DNA from: SAR324 cluster bacterium
Lineage (GTDB): Bacteria > SAR324 > NAC60-12
Reading direction: 5' to 3'
NCBI GenBank assembly: GCA_015231885.1
Contig: JADGAT010000014.1
Location: 1,349-65,348, forward strand
DNA: 64,000 nucleotides
The notes beneath the pieces are model-generated. The model ran no database searches. It was not told where the DNA came from and saw nothing but the letters and a program-made list of their open reading frames with translations. The translations under genes and the position numbers were made by a program. Shown one piece after another: positions 57,107-64,000 of the stretch (positions within the stretch are counted from its first letter, which is position 1; every line of letters begins with the position of its first letter).

Positions 57107-58426
57107 TTACCGTAACTGTAAGATATCATTATAAGTAACCGCTATCATAAAAAACATTAGAATGGCAAAACCAATCATTTGGGTACGTTCGCGCAGGACC
57201 GCACTCAAAGGAGAGCCTTTCAGTTTTTCAATCCCCAGAAAAAAGATATGACCTCCATCCAAAACAGGAATAGGAAGCAGGTTGAAGATTCCCAGCTGCA
57301 GACTGATGACTGCCATCATGAAAAATACATCTGCTAGACCTTTCTCAACGGCATCCCCAATGACCATACCAATTCGCAAAGGTCCTCCCAAATCATCAAA
57401 AGAGCCTTCTCCTACAAAGAGTTTCCCCAAAAAGTTAAATGTCATGGTGGTGATAAAAATCAAACGCTCTGTTCCCATCTTGATTGAAGTCCATAAACTA
57501 TAAGCTTTTCTCGTTTGTTCCACCGTCATGCCAAGCAAGTAAGACTTTGTCGTCTTATTATAATACGGAGTAATTTCTGCAACAGTGGTCTCTCCGTTGC
57601 GATCCACTTCCACAACAACAGTGATACCCGTGTGCTTTATCTCAGCATCAGATTCAGAAACAACAGGTTGTGATTGCTGAATGATTCTCGAGATGTCTCT
57701 CCATTCGTTGACTTCCAAACCATTGATACGAACCACGCGATCCCCAATTTGCAAGCCCGATTGCTGAACAGGAGAAACTTCTGAAAATCCGCCTATCACT
57801 GGGCTGATGCGAGGAATCCATCCAGCTCCCTGTTCTTTCAAAGCTTCAATGCTTCCTGTGACATTGTGCAAGTAGCCTTTACGATCAACATCTAAAGCAA
57901 CAGTTGCTGTGTTGATATTACCAAATTGCGTATGTACCTCTTCCCAGCTTCTCACTTCATTTCCATTGACCGCAACAATCTCGTCTCCTTCCCGCAGACC
58001 TATTTTCTGTGCGAAACTGTTCTCCTGGACAGAGTTGACAATCGCAGGGTCCAGCAGATACTTGGGCATACTGATTCCTGCTACATAAACCAATGGCATG
58101 AATAAAAAAGCAAACAATAGATTTACGGCGGGTCCAGATACTAAGATGTAGAATCGTTGGAAAATGGTCTTTGCTGCATAATTTGCAGGATCTTGAGGAT
58201 CTTCATCATCCATGTTTTGACCTAACAATTTGACATATCCTCCCAATGGAATCCAGGAGATCACATATTCCGTCTCCCCATATTTTTTTCCCCACATTTT
58301 GGGAGGGAATCCAATAGAAAACGTTTGGACATGAACTCCCGTGTGACGTGCTGCCAAATAATGTCCCATTTCATGAATAAAAATGAGAAAACCTAAAATG
58401 GCAATAAAGGAAATAACGGAAATCAT
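57107..58426 (-). CDS. rseP: RIP metalloprotease RseP with two PDZ domains
   Basis: IHEMGH, IPLGGYVKL, SGPAVN, FNLLPIPVLDGGH. Confidence 0.94.
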   Translation of the reverse strand: MISVISFIAILGFLIFIHEMGHYLAARHTGVHVQTFSIGFPPKMWGKKYGETEYVISWIPLGGYVKLLGQNMDDEDPQDPANYAAKTIFQRFYILVSGPAVNLLFAFLFMPLVYVAGISMPKYLLDPAIVNSVQENSFAQKIGLREGDEIVAVNGNEVRSWEEVHTQFGNINTATVALDVDRKGYLHNVTGSIEALKEQGAGWIPRISPVIGGFSEVSPVQQSGLQIGDRVVRINGLEVNEWRDISRIIQQSQPVVSESDAEIKHTGITVVVEVDRNGETTVAEITPYYNKTTKSYLLGMTVEQTRKAYSLWTSIKMGTERLIFITTMTFNFLGKLFVGEGSFDDLGGPLRIGMVIGDAVEKGLADVFFMMAVISLQLGIFNLLPIPVLDGGHIFFLGIEKLKGSPLSAVLRERTQMIGFAILMFFMIAVTYNDILQLR

Positions 58427-58435
58427 AGTTTTGTC

Positions 58436-59626
58436 TCAGTTGATTAATGAGTGAGCTGCTGAACGGCCCCAATGGTCTGCTTTCAACGCATCGTCAATGG
58501 TTTCGATATGATGCAAAAACGGGATATTGTTTTTCCCTGTTTCTTGGAATCGGCACAATTGATCGAGTACTTTTTCTAATATACCAGCAATTTCTAAAAA
58601 GTGAATCCGTTCCTCTAAATATGCTGCAACTACGGCTTCATTGGCTCCGTTCAATACAGCAGGCGCGGCACCGCCAAGGTTGGCTGCAGAAATTGCCAGT
58701 TGTAAACATGGAAACTTTTTCCAGTCAACGGGTTCAAAATGTAATTTCCCCAACTCGGTCATTTTCATTTTTTCATTTTGCAAAGGCAACCGATCAGGAT
58801 AAGCCAAACAAAATGCAATGGGAATTCTCATATCCGGTAAGCCCAGTTGAGCAATAAAGGAACCGTCTGTGTACTCAACCAGGGAGTGCACAATGCTCTC
58901 TCGATGAACAACGACGTCAATTTGAGACACAGGAATATCAAACAACCATCGTGCCTCAATGATTTCCAGTCCTTTGTTCATCATGGTTGCTGAATCAATA
59001 GTAATTTTGTTGCCCATTTCCCAATTGGGATGATTGAGTGCGTCCTGGAGAGTAATTTCTGAAAAATTTGCAAGTGGAGTATCGCGAAATGGTCCTCCTG
59101 ATGCGGTCAAAATAATTTTTTCGATATCTGAATGCTGATGCCCTACGAGCGATTGGAAAATCGCATTGTGTTCGCTGTCTACAGGAAAAATCGTACTGCC
59201 GGTCTCCTGTGCCTTTGCTATCATCAATTCTCCCGACAGGACCATCGATTCTTTATTGGCCAGTGCAACATCATATCCTCTCTCAATTGCCGCATACGTT
59301 GAACACAAACCTGCCGAACCAACAATTCCGGCGACAACCAAATCGACTTTTGTTTCAGCAGCAAGCTGAATCAGGCCTTCATCTCCGCACACAATGGTTA
59401 AATCGTTTGCGGTGAATTGTTTTTTCAACCAGTCAGCATGTTCCTGGGTGCCAATACATACAATTTTAGGATGAAATTCTCGGATTTGTTCTGCAAGCTG
59501 TTGAACTTGGCTGTGGCAGGATAAGGCACAGACATCAAAATGGTGGGGAAATTGGCGGACAATATCCAAGGTGCTGGTTCCAATGGATCCCGTGGAGCCC
59601 AGAATCGTCAATCGTTTTTTTGTCAT
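58436..59626 (-). CDS. dxr: 1-deoxy-D-xylulose-5-phosphate reductoisomerase
   Basis: ILGSTGSIG, LANKES, PVDSEHNAIFQ, TASGGPF, HPNWEMGNKITIDSATMMNKGLE. Confidence 0.97.
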   Translation of the reverse strand: MTKKRLTILGSTGSIGTSTLDIVRQFPHHFDVCALSCHSQVQQLAEQIREFHPKIVCIGTQEHADWLKKQFTANDLTIVCGDEGLIQLAAETKVDLVVAGIVGSAGLCSTYAAIERGYDVALANKESMVLSGELMIAKAQETGSTIFPVDSEHNAIFQSLVGHQHSDIEKIILTASGGPFRDTPLANFSEITLQDALNHPNWEMGNKITIDSATMMNKGLEIIEARWLFDIPVSQIDVVVHRESIVHSLVEYTDGSFIAQLGLPDMRIPIAFCLAYPDRLPLQNEKMKMTELGKLHFEPVDWKKFPCLQLAISAANLGGAAPAVLNGANEAVVAAYLEERIHFLEIAGILEKVLDQLCRFQETGKNNIPFLHHIETIDDALKADHWGRSAAHSLIN

Positions 59627-59637
59627 TCAACTACCCG

Positions 59638-60480
59638 CTAACGGTTGATCCAATACATTAGATAACAGAAAAAGGGAGCTGCCGTTAAAAAACTGTCCAT
59701 TCGATCCAATACGCCTCCATGTCCTGGAAAGATCCGGCCAGAATCTTTTACGTTGCAAACACGTTTTATCTTCGACTCAATAAGATCTCCAACTTGCCCA
59801 ATTGCAGCAATAAAAATACCGACTAATAAACCAAGGATGGCTCCCATCGATTCCACAAAAAGCAGGCAATATCCAGCAGCAATGACTCCTGCTCCCACTA
59901 CTCCACAAATGCTGCCTTCAAGCGTTTTTTTTGGGCTGATGGCAGGTGCCAATGGAATCCGGCCAAACGTTTTCCCTCCAAAATATGCAGCAATATCGCT
60001 CACCCAGATAATAAAAATCAAGAGCAGTAAAAGGGATGTTCCTTCTTGGAAATTTTTAATCAATGTGATGTGGTTCAAGGACCAGGGAATCCAAATAACG
60101 CCAAATAAACAAATTCCTAATGATTGCAGGTCCTTAATAGAGGGCGGTGAGTCGATGATCAGGAGATGAAAGAACAGACCCGTACAAGTCAGTAACAATG
60201 CAGTTGTTAATCCAATGATTCCGCCAAAAACCGCTCCAGCACTTAGTAATAAAGCTCCTCCCAAGATAGGAATCAAACTCAGACGAACTTGATTGTCGCC
60301 AAACATATTGTCAAACTCAAAAATACCCACAATGACAAAGACCAAAACAATGATTCCCACCACATACGCAGGGGCATAAAGCACAATTCCTAAGATAATG
60401 ACAGCAGCAGGAATACCTGTTTTGACACGGATTGGCAGATCGTGCTTTTTCTCAGTAGTTGATTTTTCTGTTTCTAGCAT
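59638..60480 (-). CDS. cdsA: Phosphatidate cytidylyltransferase
   Basis: Polytopic; SDIAAYFGG, ISPKKTLEG, GDLIES.IKR...VKDSG..FPGHGG.LDRMDS. Confidence 0.95.
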   Translation of the reverse strand: MLETEKSTTEKKHDLPIRVKTGIPAAVIILGIVLYAPAYVVGIIVLVFVIVGIFEFDNMFGDNQVRLSLIPILGGALLLSAGAVFGGIIGLTTALLLTCTGLFFHLLIIDSPPSIKDLQSLGICLFGVIWIPWSLNHITLIKNFQEGTSLLLLLIFIIWVSDIAAYFGGKTFGRIPLAPAISPKKTLEGSICGVVGAGVIAAGYCLLFVESMGAILGLLVGIFIAAIGQVGDLIESKIKRVCNVKDSGRIFPGHGGVLDRMDSFLTAAPFFCYLMYWINR

Positions 60481-60501
60481 ACTATTTCAATATCATTTTT
60501 G

Positions 60502-61221
60502 CTATGTTCCCCCCATACGACGCTGTCGTTGTTGAAACTCAAACAAGGCTTTATAAAAATCGTCCTTAGTAAAATCCGGCCACAGCACATCTGTAAAATA
60601 AAATTCCGAATACGCTGATTGCCAGAGTAAAAAATTTGAAATACGCTGCTCCCCACTGGTGCGAATAATCAAATCGGGATCGGGCAGGTCGGCCGTATAC
60701 ATGAAGCTGGAAATTAATTTTTCATCGATTTGATCGGGTGATAAAGATTTTTCCTGTACTTCTTTCATCAGTATTTGAATGGCTCGAATTATCTCTGCAC
60801 GTCCTCCATAATTCAAGGCTAAATTAAGCACCATCCCCGTATTGTTTTCCGTTGATTGGAATGTATGCTGTAAATACTCTTGAACAAAATCCGGTAGTTT
60901 GCCGTAGTCTCCAATAGCACGAAAACAAATATTGTTTTTGTTCATCGTATCCAGTTCCTTTTGGAGGTACTCTACCAGCAAATTCATCAATACCGAAATT
61001 TCTTTTGGCGGACGCTTCCAATTTTCTGTAGAAAACGCATAAAGAGTCAACGATGTCAAATGCAGCTCTGCGGCGGTGGTTATTGTGGTTCTGACCGCAT
61101 TGATGGCATTTCGGTGTCCCTGAAATCTCTGCAGCAAACGTTTTTTGGCCCAACGTCCATTGCCATCCATGATGACTGCCACATGGCGGGGTAATCGGTT
61201 TAAATCCAGTTGATCCAGCAT
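60502..61221 (-). CDS. uppS: Undecaprenyl/isoprenyl diphosphate synthase
   Basis: HVAVIMDGNGRWA, YAFSTENWKRP, NYGGRAEI, PDLIIRTSGEQRISNFLLWQ. Confidence 0.97.
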   Translation of the reverse strand: MLDQLDLNRLPRHVAVIMDGNGRWAKKRLLQRFQGHRNAINAVRTTITTAAELHLTSLTLYAFSTENWKRPPKEISVLMNLLVEYLQKELDTMNKNNICFRAIGDYGKLPDFVQEYLQHTFQSTENNTGMVLNLALNYGGRAEIIRAIQILMKEVQEKSLSPDQIDEKLISSFMYTADLPDPDLIIRTSGEQRISNFLLWQSAYSEFYFTDVLWPDFTKDDFYKALFEFQQRQRRMGGT

Positions 61222-61294
61222 TTTTTTATTTTTAGCTCAATTAGAAAGCCTATATAAAATTAAGATTTAAACGAACATGTTAGCACAAGATATG

Positions 61295-61852
61295 TTAACA
61301 TTTTACTAAAAAATCCAGTTTAGTCTGCCCATACTGCTTGGACTGGATTCTTTCTAAATTATTTTGCAAAGAAAACTGGTGCGCAATTGGAGATTCAACG
61401 ACCATCATCGAGTTTTGGAGAATTTCCGGGATTTCACTGATGCGAGAAAGAATTTTCTCGTATTCCTGGGATTGATAAGGAGGATCAATAAAAATTAGAT
61501 ACAAGGCCTCATTGATAGATGCCTGATTGAGCCAGCGACTCGCCGTTCTGCAGGCAGCAACGGCCTGTCCCTTTTCAAAAGAAAATGAATTAATATTTTT
61601 TTGTAAGACCTGAAACACTTTGGGCGACTTTTCCACAAAAAACGATTGTAATACCCCACGACTTAATGCTTCTAATCCCATAGCTCCAGAACCGGCATAA
61701 AGATCCAATGCCGTCATTTTTGGGAAGATAACCAAATTCTGTAAAACATTGAAGGCGGCCTCCCGTGTTTTGTTCAGAGTAGGACGAACCTCATCTCTTT
61801 GGGGAACCTTTATTTTCTTTCCTCGAAATTTTCCGCCAATAATGGTGATCAT
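61295..61852 (-). CDS. rsmD: 16S rRNA (guanine-966-N2)-methyltransferase
   Basis: IIGGKFRG, RPTLNKTREA.FN, LDLYAGSG.MG.EALSRG, FIDPPY. Confidence 0.92.
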   Translation of the reverse strand: MITIIGGKFRGKKIKVPQRDEVRPTLNKTREAAFNVLQNLVIFPKMTALDLYAGSGAMGLEALSRGVLQSFFVEKSPKVFQVLQKNINSFSFEKGQAVAACRTASRWLNQASINEALYLIFIDPPYQSQEYEKILSRISEIPEILQNSMMVVESPIAHQFSLQNNLERIQSKQYGQTKLDFLVKC

Positions 61853-61869
61853 AACGCACTCATGGATGT

Positions 61870-63051
61870 CTATTGCTGAAGAGTATAATAATGGTGAAGC
61901 ATTTGCTTTGCTGTGATCTCATTAGAAAAATTCTTCTCAACCCATTGACGTGTTTGGGATACTGTTTGTTTCAACATATCTGGATTGTGCAAAATTTCAC
62001 GTATTGAATTTGTCCAATCAGATACATTTCTTGGTAAAATCCATCCAACTTTTCCTTCTTTTATCTCATTGGCAAGCCCCACCCGATCAGAGATCAGTAC
62101 TGGTGTTTCACAAGCGAGAGCTTCAATCACCACATTACCAAAGTTCTCATGCCGGCTCGGTAGAACAAATAAGTCTGCTGCTGAATAAACTGCAGAAAGT
62201 GAGTCGGGGGAACTCATATCGAGAAAACGAACCTGGTCAGATAAATGGGCCGCCTGAAATTGTTGTTTTAAGGTTGCTTTTGTGCCATCATCGTCTTTTC
62301 CTAAAAATATTATCAGCCAATTCATTCCTTTTAAGGGCTTTAAGGCTTTTGGCAGCAAATCCAACCCTTTTTTGTGATGCAGACGCCCCACATTCAGTAG
62401 CACAAATGTATCTTCTTGAATTCCCTGTACATTACGCCACTTTTTAGCCATGTTCACATCAGGTTTCCAAAATCCAGTGTCTAATCCATTAGGGGTAATA
62501 ATTGGATTTCCTGGTAGTTTAAGCCAGCCGCATTCCTGATATTCTTGCTGAGTGGTATAGTGAATGGCACTTGCTGATTTGATGTTGAGCCGTTCTTGTA
62601 GAAGATAGTATATTATTTTTTTCAAGCTTTTCTGTTGCCAGGAATAAGGACCTAAAGCTCCACGCAAGGATAGGATATAAGGGACTCCAAATTTCTTTGC
62701 TGTGTGACAGGCCGCTCGGCTGGTTCGCTGCCAGATTCCAGTGATATGGATCACATCAAACTCTTTTGCTCGCTGTTTAACGGCTTCTTCCATCCCTGGA
62801 CAACGAATACCCATTCCTCGTTCCTGCTCGAAATAGGTGACTTGGACACCATTACGTAGGATCGGTTGGTTGAAGGGTATGTTATTTTTTTCTGCAAGAC
62901 CAGTATTGGACGTAAATACTTCTACCTCATGTCCCTGCACAGCAAGTTGCTCACACAGTTGACTGACACTGAGTACCGGTCCTCCGAATTGCCAGGCAGG
63001 GGCATAGACTGGAATGTAATGGAGAATTTTTAGTTTTTGGAAGGAACTCAT
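61870..63051 (-). CDS. Glycosyltransferase family 4
   Basis: GGPV.SV, VGRLHHKKGLD, FVLPSRHENFGNVVIEALAC; ATG 63051 overlaps the upstream stop (ATGA). Confidence 0.92.
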   Translation of the reverse strand: MSSFQKLKILHYIPVYAPAWQFGGPVLSVSQLCEQLAVQGHEVEVFTSNTGLAEKNNIPFNQPILRNGVQVTYFEQERGMGIRCPGMEEAVKQRAKEFDVIHITGIWQRTSRAACHTAKKFGVPYILSLRGALGPYSWQQKSLKKIIYYLLQERLNIKSASAIHYTTQQEYQECGWLKLPGNPIITPNGLDTGFWKPDVNMAKKWRNVQGIQEDTFVLLNVGRLHHKKGLDLLPKALKPLKGMNWLIIFLGKDDDGTKATLKQQFQAAHLSDQVRFLDMSSPDSLSAVYSAADLFVLPSRHENFGNVVIEALACETPVLISDRVGLANEIKEGKVGWILPRNVSDWTNSIREILHNPDMLKQTVSQTRQWVEKNFSNEITAKQMLHHYYTLQQ

Positions 63052-64000
63052 AAAACCACTCGCTGGACTGCCTGCCAAACTTCATCAACCGTGATCTCAC
63101 TTAGGCAAAGATTTTCATTTGGACATTCGTCTAAAAAACAAGGTGAACAGGTGACGTCTTTTCGTAAAATTTCATGTTGTTCCCCCCAGGGGTACCATCT
63201 GACAGGAAAATCTCTTGCTGAAAAGGTTACGACACAAGGAGCTCCCACTGCCGCAGCAAGATGCATGGGACCTGTGTCGTTGGTTACCAATGCTGTGCAG
63301 TGCTTCAGCAATTCGGCAGATTCCAATAAAGTCATTTTTCCGCATAGGTTGATAACTTTGTTTTTACAGAATTTTAGAATAACCTCTGCTAATTTATAAT
63401 CTCCAGGGCCTCCAAGAATTACAACTTTCCCTTTGGTTGCAGTCCAGCGTATAGCTATTTCTGCAAAGCGTTCGACAGGCCATTGGTTTGCTAGACGTTT
63501 TCCTCCAGGGACAAGGGCTAAGACCGATCTTTCTTGAAAATTGTACTGTTGAATCAAATCATAGGCGCGTTGTTTTTCTTTTTCAGAAATAGGAAGCGGG
63601 AAAGTCACTTCTTTTGAAGTGATATTCAATTTTTGCAAGTAAGCTAACTGACGCATTACTTCCCTTTGAATCTTCGGACTTTTGGCCTGTGTTTGGAAAA
63701 ATATCGGGATTTTACTTATATAATACCCTGTGGCCCACTGAACACCGACCAGTTTAGTAAACAGCATATTTCGCAACTCTTTGGGGAAAGTTGTTAAGTT
63801 CTGCGGCAATTGAAGCCAGATGTCAAAGTTTTGTTGGCGAAGTGTGTTGATGAAATGTACAATTTTTGGAAAAGAATTGATATCGTCAGAATAATAAATC
63901 CAAATGTGATCTATCCATTTGCTCCCAGACAACAATTCTTTTGCCCCGGGTAGCTCTTTTTTTCCTGGGCTTGATAATAAGGTGATTTCTGCAGAGGGGT
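63048..64000 (-). CDS. Glycosyltransferase family 9 (heptosyltransferase-like), 5'-truncated by window end
   Basis: Frame stays open to the window end (PSAEITLL...); QWPVERF, LCGKMTL.E, VTNDTGPMHLAAAVG, CSPC...C...C. Confidence 0.9.
   Translation of the reverse strand, partial: PSAEITLLSSPGKKELPGAKELLSGSKWIDHIWIYYSDDINSFPKIVHFINTLRQQNFDIWLQLPQNLTTFPKELRNMLFTKLVGVQWATGYYISKIPIFFQTQAKSPKIQREVMRQLAYLQKLNITSKEVTFPLPISEKEKQRAYDLIQQYNFQERSVLALVPGGKRLANQWPVERFAEIAIRWTATKGKVVILGGPGDYKLAEVILKFCKNKVINLCGKMTLLESAELLKHCTALVTNDTGPMHLAAAVGAPCVVTFSARDFPVRWYPWGEQHEILRKDVTCSPCFLDECPNENLCLSEITVDEVWQAVQRVVL

Noticed and set aside
1-64000. CRISPR arrays, tRNA/rRNA/tmRNA genes and known riboswitches
   Set aside because: No regularly spaced repeats, cloverleaf or T-loop signatures, or recognisable aptamer motifs were seen in the intergenic regions. 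A covariance-model scan (Infernal/Rfam) would be needed to exclude divergent RNAs.

Overview
A 64-kb, AT-rich bacterial chromosomal window. Protein style suggests a Deltaproteobacteria-like or SAR324-type organism, which is inference only. It is densely coding and mostly housekeeping: argC, hemE, prpE, galE, purA, proC, lpxH, gmd/fcl, rpoB/rpoC, sohB, rluB, rnc, tatD, nadE, motAB, anmK, gloB, parB, tlyA, rseP, dxr, cdsA, uppS, rsmD and two glycosyltransferases. I saw no rRNA, tRNA, CRISPR array, transposase or prophage. The main points of interest are as follows. (1) Two tandem motB/pomB paralogues share a perfectly identical 129-bp TM-coding tract but have diverged periplasmic domains. (2) A four-gene minus-strand signalling run encodes a FecR protein, a divergent class-I adenylate-cyclase-like nucleotidyltransferase, an unknown 503-aa helical protein and a REC-PAS histidine kinase. 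(3) A membrane sensor/HAMP region is fused directly to a NarL-type REC-HTH with no kinase. (4) There is a REC-class III cyclase-TPR-PilZ protein. (5) A SutA-like small protein lies behind a perfect 14-bp inverted repeat resembling an NtrC site. (6) There is a triple-XRE-HTH protein. (7) A ParB lacks both a parA neighbour and the N-terminal ParA-stimulating peptide. (8) There is a stand-alone DnaC/IstB-like ATPase. (9) rpoBC is detached from the ribosomal-protein operon and has its own promoter and a ~330-nt leader. (10) A sigma54-type promoter precedes fapA, a pentapeptide-repeat gene and a secreted-protein gene. (11) There is a nested palindromic MITE/REP element. All family assignments come from recognising motifs by eye; no database search was run.
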